Assembly (NCBI GenBank): GCA_005877565.1
Contig: VBOK01000077.1
Coordinates: 1-47,331 of the forward strand
Direction of reading: 5' to 3'
From: Nitrospirota bacterium
Lineage (GTDB): Bacteria > Nitrospirota > Nitrospiria > Nitrospirales > NS-4
Length of the DNA stretch: 47,331 nucleotides
Positions within the stretch are counted from its first letter, which is position 1, and every line of letters begins with the position of its first letter. The translations under genes were made by a program, and so were the position numbers. Of this stretch, positions 9,586 to 18,030 are shown piece after piece. A model generated the notes under the pieces. That model had not been told where the DNA came from. It did not search any database and worked only from the letters and a program-made list of their open reading frames with translations.

Positions 9586-10092
9586 CTAGCGTCCCCTCGG
9601 TCGGTCGCTCTGAATCCGGCGATCGGCCATGCCGAAGGGCGGGTCCCCATCCACACCGCTCACGGTGAGAGTCTGATGGCCGACCAACCGGAGGATGGCA
9701 TGGCCCCGCTCCCTGAGCGGCTGCTCATCGGTCGCGCGCTGCCACTGCCCGAGCCAGTGGAAATAGACGGCCACATCGGTCCCATCCACCATGACCCGGT
9801 CGATGGTGAGATCGAGGGCGATCCGATCATAGACGGCGAAGTCGCGTTGGATCTCCTCCTCCAGCTTGCGGAGACTGTCGAGCGGCATGAACAGGCTGTG
9901 AAAGACGCTTGCGTCCTTACCCGTATACGCCTGCCGGATCCGCTCCACCGTGGCGTCGATCTTGCGGACACGGGCGGCATCGTCGGGGTTGATGTTGCTG
10001 GCTTTGGAGCAGGCCACCGCCACCAGCCCGATCAGACCGAGTACGGTCCAGCAGGCGAGCGGCCGCGCGCGGCTTACGATCCACGCGATCAT
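9586..10092 (-). CDS. hypothetical lipoprotein (possibly NTF2-like fold), candidate leaderless mRNA
   Basis: MIAWIVSRARPLACWTVLGLIGLVAVAC has a signal sequence plus a lipobox-like AVAC. A perfect TATAAT lies 6 nt upstream of ATG 10092 on the minus strand. Confidence 0.55.
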   Translation of the reverse strand: MIAWIVSRARPLACWTVLGLIGLVAVACSKASNINPDDAARVRKIDATVERIRQAYTGKDASVFHSLFMPLDSLRKLEEEIQRDFAVYDRIALDLTIDRVMVDGTDVAVYFHWLGQWQRATDEQPLRERGHAILRLVGHQTLTVSGVDGDPPFGMADRRIQSDRPRGR

Positions 10093-10127
10093 GCCGGCAT
10101 TATACACCCTTCCGACACGCCCTATTC

Positions 10128-10156
10128 TTGACAAGCCGACAGTAATCGCATACGCT
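10128..10156 (+). promoter_or_regulatory. candidate sigma70-type promoter for the small-ORF/ABC transporter operon
   Basis: Perfect TTGACA at 10128-10133, a 17 nt spacer, then TACGCT at 10151-10156. Confidence 0.35.
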
Positions 10157-10245
10157 CAGCCGGCTCTCACGACGGCATCCGGAATTCCCTACTTGCTATT
10201 GCCGACCGGATTAGGTAACTTACTGGAAGCGTAAAGGAGCGCGTC

Positions 10246-10341
10246 ATGTCGAGCGTCGTCAAGAAGCGCCGAAAGAAGATGCGGAAGCACAAGCACCGGA
10301 AGCTCCGCCGGCGCATGAAATTCGCTCGCCGTCGGTCCTAA
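10246..10341 (+). CDS. 31-aa highly basic peptide, bS22 / AURKAIP1-COX24-like ribosomal protein family
   Basis: MSSVVKKRRKKMRKHKHRKLRRRMKFARRRS. AAGGAG Shine-Dalgarno 7 nt upstream. It is close to the actinobacterial bS22 pattern MGSVIKKRRKRM.KKKHRKLL. It is too short for the supplied ORF track. Confidence 0.7.
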   Translation: MSSVVKKRRKKMRKHKHRKLRRRMKFARRRS

Positions 10342-10371
10342 GCAGCGCGTCCGTCGTAAGGAGGCACGGTC

Positions 10372-10596
10372 ATGCCAACAGAAGGCAAGAAGGTCCGCAT
10401 CAAAGTCCGGACAATCCATACGACTTACATCGGGGATATCCTTCTGCCGGCCATGCGCAACCGGGTGTCCGATTATTTCAACGACGAGAAGTACATGTTC
10501 CTGAATCTCACCGACGTCAGGATCGAGAACACCACGGACCCTGTGGAGTTCGTCTGCCTCAATAAGCACCTGATCGAGTCGATCATCCTCGCCTGA
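10372..10596 (+). CDS. small conserved-looking hypothetical protein
   Basis: 74 aa with AAGGAGG Shine-Dalgarno upstream. It sits between the bS22-like ORF and the ABC transporter. I recognise no motif. Confidence 0.55.
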   Translation: MPTEGKKVRIKVRTIHTTYIGDILLPAMRNRVSDYFNDEKYMFLNLTDVRIENTTDPVEFVCLNKHLIESIILA

Positions 10597-10632
10597 CGGC
10601 GAGGGGGCGTTCGTCCGGTCACGCACACCCCC

Positions 10633-12423
10633 ATGCCCCGCCTAGCCCCGTTCGGTCGGCTCCTTCCCTATCTCCGGCCGTACCGCCTCCGCATGGCTGC
10701 GGCCGCGCTGCTCGTCATGGGCGCGGCCGGCATCAACCTCAGCATGCTCTGGGTCATCCGGCGGCTCGTGGACACGGTCCTCGTCCAGAGAGATGCCGCC
10801 GCGCTGAACACCGCCATCGCCGAACTGGGCGGGCTGTTCCTCCTCCAAGGGCTCCTCATCATGGGCCACAGTTACCTGACGGCCTCGGCCGGCCAGCGCA
10901 TCATGGCCGACTTCCGGACGCACCTCTTCACTCACCTGCAGAGTCTCTCTCTGGGATTTTTTGCGCGACGTCGGACCGGCGAACTGATATCGCGGCTCAT
11001 GAACGACGTGGGCGCGCTGCAGACCGCCCTGACGGAAGTCCCGATCGACCTCGCGAAACAGGTCGTGACGCTGGTCGGCGGGCTCGCCATCCTGTTTGTC
11101 ATGAACTGGCGTTTGTGCCTGCTGATTCTGCTCCTCCTCCCGGCCATCGTGCTGATCGCCCGCTTCTTCGGCCGGCGACTCAAGGCGCTTTCCACTGGCA
11201 TCCAGGACGAGACCGCGCGCGCCTCGACGATTCTGGAGGAGGTGCTTTCCGGCATCCGCATCGTCAAGTCCTTCGTACGGGAAGATTACGAGCGGGCCCG
11301 GTTCGGCACGCAGGTTCACCGCACCCTGGACATCGTCCTCAGGCGGGCGCGGATCATGGCGATCTTCGTGCCGACGATCACCTTCGCCACCTTCGCCGCC
11401 GCGGCGGCAGTCCTCTGGTACGGCGGGTCCCAGGTCATCCGCGGGACGATGAGCCCGGGGGACCTGATCGCGTTCGTGCTCTATGCCGGCCTACTGATCG
11501 GACCCTTCGGGACCTTCGCACGCCTCTTCTCCCACGTCAAGGAAGCCCAAGGCGCGCTTGCGCGCGTGTTCGAGATCCTAGACACGCGGCCCGACGTGAC
11601 CGACGCGCCCAACGCCCGGCCGTTGCCGCCCGTGCGGGGCTACGTTGCCATGGAGGGTGTCAGCTTCTCCTACGACGGGCACACGACGGTGCTCTCGGAC
11701 CTTACTTTTAAGATCCGGCCGGGGGAAATGGTTGCGGTCGTCGGGCCGTCGGGATCCGGAAAGACCACCTTGATTAATCTCATCCACCGCTTCTACGACC
11801 CGGTGGCTGGCGTCGTCACCATCGACGACTATGACCTCAAGTCCGTCACCCTGCAGAGCCTCTACCAGCAGATCGCGTTGGTGCCGCAGGAGATGCACCT
11901 CTTCGGCGGCACCATCCGGGACAACATCCGCTACGGACGGGTCTCCGCCAGCGACGAGGAGATCGTGGCCGCCGCCCGGGCGGCCAACGCGCACGACTTC
12001 ATCACCGCCTTCCCGGATGGCTACGACACTCTTGTGGGGGAAAAGGGCGTCAACCTCTCGGGTGGACAGCGCCAGCGGATCGCCATTGCGCGGGCCGTGC
12101 TCAAGGACCCGCGGATCCTCATCCTGGACGAGGCCACCTCGTCGCTGGACAACGAATCGGAGGCACTGGTGCAGGACGCGCTGGACCGCCTGATGAAGGG
12201 ACGGACGACGTTCGTGGTCGCGCACCGGCTCAGCACAATCCAGAAGGCCGACCGGATCCTCGTGCTGGACAAGGGCCGGCTCGTCGAAGAGGGCACGCAC
12301 GCCATCCTCCTCGACAGGAAAGGCTTGTACTACCATCTGTACACGTTGGGCCTGGTTGAGAGCGAACCGCCTGTCACCCTGAGCAGCGCGAAGGGTCTAG
12401 ATTCTTCGCGGAGCCTGTCCTGA
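10633..12423 (+). CDS. ABC transporter, fused permease/ATPase, MsbA-like exporter
   Basis: Six-TM ABC_membrane domain, Walker A GPSGSGKTT, signature LSGGQRQRIAIAR and Walker B ILILDEATS. The last 17 codons and the stop lie inside a REP-like repeat. Confidence 0.9.
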   Translation: MPRLAPFGRLLPYLRPYRLRMAAAALLVMGAAGINLSMLWVIRRLVDTVLVQRDAAALNTAIAELGGLFLLQGLLIMGHSYLTASAGQRIMADFRTHLFTHLQSLSLGFFARRRTGELISRLMNDVGALQTALTEVPIDLAKQVVTLVGGLAILFVMNWRLCLLILLLLPAIVLIARFFGRRLKALSTGIQDETARASTILEEVLSGIRIVKSFVREDYERARFGTQVHRTLDIVLRRARIMAIFVPTITFATFAAAAAVLWYGGSQVIRGTMSPGDLIAFVLYAGLLIGPFGTFARLFSHVKEAQGALARVFEILDTRPDVTDAPNARPLPPVRGYVAMEGVSFSYDGHTTVLSDLTFKIRPGEMVAVVGPSGSGKTTLINLIHRFYDPVAGVVTIDDYDLKSVTLQSLYQQIALVPQEMHLFGGTIRDNIRYGRVSASDEEIVAAARAANAHDFITAFPDGYDTLVGEKGVNLSGGQRQRIAIARAVLKDPRILILDEATSSLDNESEALVQDALDRLMKGRTTFVVAHRLSTIQKADRILVLDKGRLVEEGTHAILLDRKGLYYHLYTLGLVESEPPVTLSSAKGLDSSRSLS

Positions 12424-12482
12424 GCGAACAACTGAGATGCTTCGCTTCGCTCAGCATGACAAGCGAAGGGCTCAGAATGACC
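12373..12482. repeat. cluster of REP-like palindromic units (forward units followed by two inverted units)
   Basis: GTCACCCTGAGCAGCGCGAAGGGTC and GTCCTGAGCGAAC are followed by inverted GCTTCGCTTCGCTCAGCATGAC and AAGCGAAGGGCTCAGAATGAC. The same unit recurs at 35901-35912, 38286-38310 and 44118-44188. Confidence 0.8.
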
Positions 12483-12490
12483 CCACGGGG

Positions 12491-13108
12491 TCACTTGATC
12501 TTAGAGAGGTCCACCTCCCAGGTCATCGCGTCACCCACCGGAGGGTACAGTGTTATCTTCGTAGCGGCATTCGGGTCAAAGGACGAATACGGGAACGATG
12601 CCACAATCTTTCCACGATAGGCCGGTCCCTTCTCGTTCTTCTTGGCCCTGTCCGGCTTGGCCATCTCCCCTTTGATCATCTTCCCGCCTTGTTCTAGCGT
12701 CGCGGTTGAACCCTCGGCAAAGTCAGCGGTGTCGCCACAAAAATCGAATGCGATTCGCAACACTTTCGAGTCCAGGATTTTTTGAATCTGCTCGTCAATC
12801 TTCGCCTTGTCCTGTTCGGCTTGCTCAGGGTTCCGAGCGATCGCACCTCCCAAGCGGTTGAGCGTGACTGTCTTGGTTCTGATCTCTCCGCCTCCCCCGC
12901 AAAGGTCCTCTTTGAGGTTGGCTCCAAATCGTGTGGGGATCGTCTTCAGGTCTTCGTCACTCATCTTTTTGCCGTCCTCAATCGCTTGCTTCAAGGCAGT
13001 GGGATTCAGATCCACCACGATCGCGCCAGGCGAGGCCGGGGTCAGACACAAGAGCCCTGCGGCCGCTACCGCTCCCCCAATCCATCTCAGCACACTCCAC
13101 CCTATCAT
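12491..13108 (-). CDS. secreted hypothetical protein
   Basis: 205 aa from ATG 13108 with GGAGAAAGGA upstream. Signal peptide MIGWSVLRWIGGAVAAAGLLCLTPASPGA. GC is lower than in the neighbours. No recognisable motif. Confidence 0.6.
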   Translation of the reverse strand: MIGWSVLRWIGGAVAAAGLLCLTPASPGAIVVDLNPTALKQAIEDGKKMSDEDLKTIPTRFGANLKEDLCGGGGEIRTKTVTLNRLGGAIARNPEQAEQDKAKIDEQIQKILDSKVLRIAFDFCGDTADFAEGSTATLEQGGKMIKGEMAKPDRAKKNEKGPAYRGKIVASFPYSSFDPNAATKITLYPPVGDAMTWEVDLSKIK

Positions 13109-13291
13109 CGGTATGTCCTTTCTCCAGATTGTTTGCACTGGGCCCAAGAAGCGCGGAATGCGTCCTCCCGCGAGAATCTTCCTCATTCTAAAAAATCGTC
13201 GCGTGCTTTGCAAACCCGCTTGCCAGAGAGCGGACACCCCTGTTACAGTGTGAGCCGTTCAACGCCCAACCTGTACGCAAGGAGAATTGAC

Positions 13292-13744
13292 GTGGAAAAC
13301 GATTTGATCGCCAGGCTGAAAGAAGTCCTCACAGATAAGAACTACAGGGACATCCCCCTCGATTTCGTGGTCGAGCATGTCCGGGAAGCCGTCAAGGGCC
13401 GCGCGATCAAGGCCTTCCATGTCAACGAGCACATCCCGAATGGCTACGAGGATCAAGGCGCGTTCAATCTGCTGATCGTCACAGCAGGCAATCACCTCTT
13501 CGACTGTGTCGTTGGAGAAGAATACTTCCGCTATGATGCGGTTGCCATCAAGGCCATCGACAAAGTCCAGGTCATCGACGGGCAGTGGGAGAACAAGGAG
13601 ACGAACAAGACCGAACAGTTCCTGAGCCTGCGTCTGTCGCACGGCGACGAGAGCCATATCGCCCTGTCCCTGGACGACGCCGAGCGCCCCAGCCTCAAGG
13701 CCTTGGCCGACACGATCCTCACCGTCCGCAACCCTGAACCCTGA
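13292..13744 (+). CDS. hypothetical cytoplasmic protein
   Basis: 150 aa from GTG 13292 with AAGGAG 8 nt upstream. It is divergent from the secreted protein gene. No motif recognised. Confidence 0.55.
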   Translation: MENDLIARLKEVLTDKNYRDIPLDFVVEHVREAVKGRAIKAFHVNEHIPNGYEDQGAFNLLIVTAGNHLFDCVVGEEYFRYDAVAIKAIDKVQVIDGQWENKETNKTEQFLSLRLSHGDESHIALSLDDAERPSLKALADTILTVRNPEP

Positions 13745-13750
13745 TCGTAC

Positions 13751-13836
13751 AGCGTTAAACGTTAATCGTTATACGTGAGTCCAAGGGAGGGGGAGACTCC
13801 ACCGTTTAACGCTTAACGAATTACGTTTAACGAACG
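13751..13836. repeat. AT-rich imperfect palindrome built from CGTTAA / TTAACG units
   Basis: AGCGTTAAACGTTAATCGTTATACGTGAGTC - loop AAGGGAGGGGG - GACTCCACCGTTTAACGCTTAACGAATTACGTTTAACG, between convergent genes. Confidence 0.7.
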
Positions 13837-13843
13837 CGGCGCC

Positions 13844-14311
13844 TCAGCCGCCAAGTTTCACGATGATCTCCCACTCCTTGGGCGTCACCGGCATCACTGA
13901 GAGCCGGGTTGCCCGGCGCAACAAAGGCATCTTCTCAAGCCCTTTGGTCTTGCGCAAGGCATCCAGGGGCACAGGCTTGCGGAGCGGCTTGATCGCTCGC
14001 AAGTCCACCATGTCCCAGATCGGCTTCTCACGCGTTGCTTGGGGGTCATAGTGGATGTTCTTCGGATCGAACTGGGTAGGGTCGGGGTACGCCTCCCGTA
14101 CGACTTCCGCGAGACCCACCACGGCCGGCGGGTCGCAGTTGCTATGATAGAAGAGCACCTTGTCGCCTGCCCGCATCTCCCGCATGAAGTTGCGCGCCTG
14201 GTAGTTCCGCACCCCATCCCAGTGGTTAGTCGAGTTCTTCGACTTCACCAGGTCGCCAAAGCCAAAGGCGGTAGGCTCTGACTTCATCAACCAATAGCGC
14301 GGATTCGGCAT
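13844..14311 (-). CDS. EVE (PUA-like) domain protein
   Basis: MPNPRYWLMKSEP....WDGVRNYQARNFMREMRAGDKVLFYHS matches the EVE domain N-terminal pattern. Confidence 0.8.
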   Translation of the reverse strand: MPNPRYWLMKSEPTAFGFGDLVKSKNSTNHWDGVRNYQARNFMREMRAGDKVLFYHSNCDPPAVVGLAEVVREAYPDPTQFDPKNIHYDPQATREKPIWDMVDLRAIKPLRKPVPLDALRKTKGLEKMPLLRRATRLSVMPVTPKEWEIIVKLGG

Positions 14312-14378
14312 GGCCGCAGAATATTCTCCGCGGCAGGTCGAGTCAAGCCTTGCCATGCCGCCAGAGTCCGGCTAAAGT

Positions 14379-14921
14379 ATGGCTATGGGCGCCTTACAGC
14401 TTGACGACCGCGCACCAGCATTCAACCTGCCGAGCGTGGACGGCCGCACCTACAGCCTGGAGACGTTCGCCGACAAACCGGTCCTCGTGGTAATCTTCAG
14501 TTGCAACCACTGTCCGTATGTTCAAGCTTACGAAGATCGGATGGTCGCCATCCAGCGGGACTATCGAGACCGTGGAGTGCAGTTCGTCGCCATCAATTCG
14601 AACGACGACAGGAACTACCCGGAAGACAGCTTCGAGCGGATGGTCGCGCGCGCCACGGCCAAAAGCTTCAACTTCCCATACCTCCGCGACGCGACTCAGA
14701 CGGTCGCGCAGGCCTATGGGGCCACCCATACTCCCCACCTCTTCGTTTTTGACCGGGAGCGACGCCTCCGTTACACGGGGAAGATCGACGACAACTGGCA
14801 GGACCCGTCGGCCGTGACGCGCCATTATCTGAGGGAGGCACTGGAAGCCCTCCTGCAAGGGTCCGCTCCGACCGACGCCAAGACTCACGCGATCGGCTGT
14901 TCGATCAAATGGGCCCACTGA
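14379..14921 (+). CDS. thioredoxin-fold thiol-disulfide oxidoreductase (redoxin/AhpC-TSA-like)
   Basis: PVLVVIFSCNHCPYV has a CxxC in thioredoxin-fold context. HTPHLFVFD is present. Confidence 0.75.
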   Translation: MAMGALQLDDRAPAFNLPSVDGRTYSLETFADKPVLVVIFSCNHCPYVQAYEDRMVAIQRDYRDRGVQFVAINSNDDRNYPEDSFERMVARATAKSFNFPYLRDATQTVAQAYGATHTPHLFVFDRERRLRYTGKIDDNWQDPSAVTRHYLREALEALLQGSAPTDAKTHAIGCSIKWAH

Positions 14922-14966
14922 GTCGGCTGCCTTCCCCGCAAGTAAGGACGCTCTCTTTGTCCCCAG

Positions 14967-15608
14967 TCACCGGCTCGGCGCAGTCTGTGGTTTTCCTTTG
15001 CCGGACTCAGAGGCCAGATATCCGTGGTAGTCGATCTGAATGAGGGGACGCATCTTGTGACTCCCCTTTCGTTCCTCATCGCTTCCAGGTTTCACAAAGA
15101 CCGCCGGTTGGAAATCAAGCTCGAAGAGACTGCCTGGGGGCGGATTTGCGGGGTCCTGCCAACTGGCCAGTGGGTGAGTCGTCAATCCAAACCGGAGATA
15201 CGGACCTCGAATCGCAACGTGACCGGATATCGGCGCATAGCGGCGTTCCGGTTGAGGGCTCCACAGCACGAAGCTGAGGCGTTCCGCGGCGCCAGCCTGT
15301 GTGAGTCCGTCAGCCAGAACCGGTGCCAGCAAGGCCAGTTCTTCGTCGGTGAAGACCGGCAACAATCCCTGGCCGTTCCTGATCCGGACACTGCGCAGGA
15401 GCATGGCAACCTGTGCCGGCTTAAGTATGGCGGGGTGCGTGTTCCATCCCATTGCGTCCATCCCACCGGCCGACGGATCAGTTTCCAGTTGAACGAACGT
15501 ACGGTCTTGCTGGTAGAGGATCCGCGAGGGCGGAGCGGGCAATGTACAGCCAGCGAGCGCACCCGTAAGGAGCAACGCTGCTCCGCCAAACAAGGCGTAC
15601 TTGTTCAT
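14967..15608 (-). CDS. hypothetical lipoprotein
   Basis: MNKYALFGGAALLLTGALAGC is a signal sequence with an LAGC lipobox. Confidence 0.6.
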   Translation of the reverse strand: MNKYALFGGAALLLTGALAGCTLPAPPSRILYQQDRTFVQLETDPSAGGMDAMGWNTHPAILKPAQVAMLLRSVRIRNGQGLLPVFTDEELALLAPVLADGLTQAGAAERLSFVLWSPQPERRYAPISGHVAIRGPYLRFGLTTHPLASWQDPANPPPGSLFELDFQPAVFVKPGSDEERKGSHKMRPLIQIDYHGYLASESGKGKPQTAPSR

Positions 15609-15691
15609 GCGCCAATTATAGGTTATCCCGACGACCGCGTCTACGCCTTGGCGTCTCTCTCCCAACTGTGGGAGAATGGGTGCATTGATGT

Positions 15692-17251
15692 ATGCTGAAA
15701 CTCGCCCTCCTCGATATCGGCAGCAACTCCATCCACATGGTCCTGACGGAGATCCAGCCGGACCTCTCTTACAAGATTCTGGACCGGATCAAGGATGTGC
15801 CACGCCTGGGTGAGGAGACCTTCCAAACCGGGCAGTTCTCGCCTGACGCCATCGCCAAGGGGATCGAGGTGGTTCGGACCTTCACCACCCTGGCTCGCAA
15901 CCGCGGCTTCACGCGAGTCGAGGCTGTCGCTACCAGCGCTGTCCGCGAAGCGGCCAACGGCGGCGACCTGATCGAGGCCATCGAGCGGGAAACGGGCATC
16001 CGTGTCCGCGTGGTCACGGGCCTGGAAGAAGCTCGTCTGATCTATCTAGGCGTCCGACAGAGCATGGATTTCGGCGACCGCAATGTACTGATCGTGGATA
16101 TCGGCGGCGGCTCCGTCGAGCTGATCGTGGGCAACCGAACCAAGCCGCTTCACACAGCCAGTCTCAAGCTCGGTGCGATCCGGATCAACGATCTCTATTT
16201 GAAGAAAAACCCATCGTCCTCTGACGCCTTGAAACGGCTGGAAAAGGCCGTGGAGACCGAACTCAAGCCCGCGCTGCCACGTTTCGAAAAGGTCGGATTC
16301 GACGAGCTAGTCGGCACTTCCGGCATGATCAGCAACCTGGCAGAGGTCATGCACCTGCAGAAGACGGGGCGGCCCCTTCCCCAGCTCAACTTGGCGCGGT
16401 TCTCCCTCAAGGACATCATGGCAGTTGAAAAACTCTTGCGCGAGATGTCGCCCAAACGCCGGAACGAGATTCCCGGTCTCGACCCGAAACGGGCCGATCT
16501 GTTGTTGCCGGCCACCATCGTGCTCCGCACCATCATGGAGCGGCTGGACATCGGCGAGCTGACCGTCAGCGACAAGGCAATCCGGGAGGGTCTCCTCTAC
16601 GACTTTATCGCGCGCCATCGAGACGGAATCCAGGCGGAGCAGGACATCCCTAACGTCCGGCGTCGGAACGTCATGCACCTGGCCCGAAGCTGCCAATACG
16701 ACGCCGTCCACGCGCATCACGTCGCGAAGCTCTGTCTCCAACTTTTCGATCAGACGGCATCCATCCATAAGATGGGTGAGCGGGAGCGGGAATGGCTGGA
16801 GTACGCTGCGATCCTGCACGACATCGGCTATCTCATCAACTCACGCCAGCATCACAAGCATACCTACTACGTCATCAAGAACAGCGACCTGGCCGGGTTC
16901 ACGGTCGACGAGATCGAGATGATCGCGAACGTGGCCCGCTACCACCGCCGGGCGCTCCCCGAGGATGATCATCGAAACCTTAAAGACCTTGATGCTAAGC
17001 ATCTGGAAACATTGACAGTTCTTGGAGGGATCCTCCGCCTTACCGATGCTCTGGACCGGAGCCACTTCGGTGTCATACAATCAATGCGCTGCACTGCCAC
17101 CCCAGAGGCCTTGGAGATCGACCTCACGGCCACCGATGATGCGGCGCTGGAGCTCTGGGCGGCACGCGACCGCAAGGAACTGCTGGCTCAGGGACTCGAT
17201 CGAGCCATCCGATTGACGAAAGCGACCGCGCCCGGGGAATTCGACGCATGA
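15692..17251 (+). CDS. ppx: Ppx/GppA-family exopolyphosphatase / pppGpp phosphohydrolase with C-terminal HD domain
   Basis: ASKHA-fold motifs LLDIGSNSIHMV and IVDIGGGSVEL are present. The HD region has ILHDIGY..RQHHKH. Confidence 0.85.
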   Translation: MLKLALLDIGSNSIHMVLTEIQPDLSYKILDRIKDVPRLGEETFQTGQFSPDAIAKGIEVVRTFTTLARNRGFTRVEAVATSAVREAANGGDLIEAIERETGIRVRVVTGLEEARLIYLGVRQSMDFGDRNVLIVDIGGGSVELIVGNRTKPLHTASLKLGAIRINDLYLKKNPSSSDALKRLEKAVETELKPALPRFEKVGFDELVGTSGMISNLAEVMHLQKTGRPLPQLNLARFSLKDIMAVEKLLREMSPKRRNEIPGLDPKRADLLLPATIVLRTIMERLDIGELTVSDKAIREGLLYDFIARHRDGIQAEQDIPNVRRRNVMHLARSCQYDAVHAHHVAKLCLQLFDQTASIHKMGEREREWLEYAAILHDIGYLINSRQHHKHTYYVIKNSDLAGFTVDEIEMIANVARYHRRALPEDDHRNLKDLDAKHLETLTVLGGILRLTDALDRSHFGVIQSMRCTATPEALEIDLTATDDAALELWAARDRKELLAQGLDRAIRLTKATAPGEFDA

Positions 17252-18030
17252 CCACGCCGGCCAAAGCTCCGTTCACCGTGCCGCACCCTTATCCGGGCAA
17301 GCTCATCGTCGTGGAAGGGATCGACGGCTCGGGCAAGAGCACCCAGCTCAGCCTGATGCGCAAGTGGCTGGACTCTCAGGGCAACAACGTCTTCTTTACT
17401 GAATGGAACTCCTCTGAGTTGGTCAAGGAGACAACCCGGCGCGGCAAGAAGACGAAGGTCCTGACGCCGCTGACATTCAGCCTTTTGCACGCGACCGATT
17501 TTGCCAACCGCCTGTACCATCAGATCCTGCCCCCGCTCAAGGCCGGCATGATCGTCCTGGCCGACCGCTACATGTACACAGCCTTCGCACGAGACGCGGT
17601 ACGGGGTGTCTCGCATAGTTGGGTGCGCCACCTGTACAGCTTCGCTGTCAAGCCCGATCTGGCCTTCTACTTCCGCGTGCCGATCGAAGTTTCCCTGTCG
17701 CGCCTCCTTGAAGGCACGCGCGCGGAGCTGAAGTACTACGAGGCCGGGATGGACCTCGGGCTGAGCACGAATATCGTGGAAAGCTTCAAGATCTTTCAGT
17801 CGCGGGTGTTGAATGAGTACGACAAGATCGTGGACGAATTCGGCCTGACTGTCATGGACGCCACGCTGGAAATCGACGAGCAACAGGAGCAGGTCCGCGA
17901 GATCGTCTCGAAGACTCTGGCTTCCTACAAACCGAAACGGGGTTCGCATGCAAAGCGAGAAGCGCTATTTTGGCGAAGGTTTACCATACCAGAGTCTGAA
18001 GGGGCTGAAAGGGAAGCTGATCGCCATTGA
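17248..18030 (+). CDS. thymidylate kinase-like P-loop kinase, paralog 1
   Basis: VVEGIDGSGKST is an intact Walker A and LADRYMYTAFA is a DRY motif. The start overlaps the ppx stop (ATGA). Confidence 0.7.
   Translation: MTTPAKAPFTVPHPYPGKLIVVEGIDGSGKSTQLSLMRKWLDSQGNNVFFTEWNSSELVKETTRRGKKTKVLTPLTFSLLHATDFANRLYHQILPPLKAGMIVLADRYMYTAFARDAVRGVSHSWVRHLYSFAVKPDLAFYFRVPIEVSLSRLLEGTRAELKYYEAGMDLGLSTNIVESFKIFQSRVLNEYDKIVDEFGLTVMDATLEIDEQQEQVREIVSKTLASYKPKRGSHAKREALFWRRFTIPESEGAEREADRH

Noticed and set aside
17948-18030. 83-nt overlap between the two Tmk-like genes as evidence of a frameshift or fusion
   Set aside because: Both frames read as complete Tmk-like domains, each with its own P-loop. No alternative start for the second gene exists downstream of the first gene's stop. 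The overlap is therefore accepted as real, or as a slightly over-extended first ORF.
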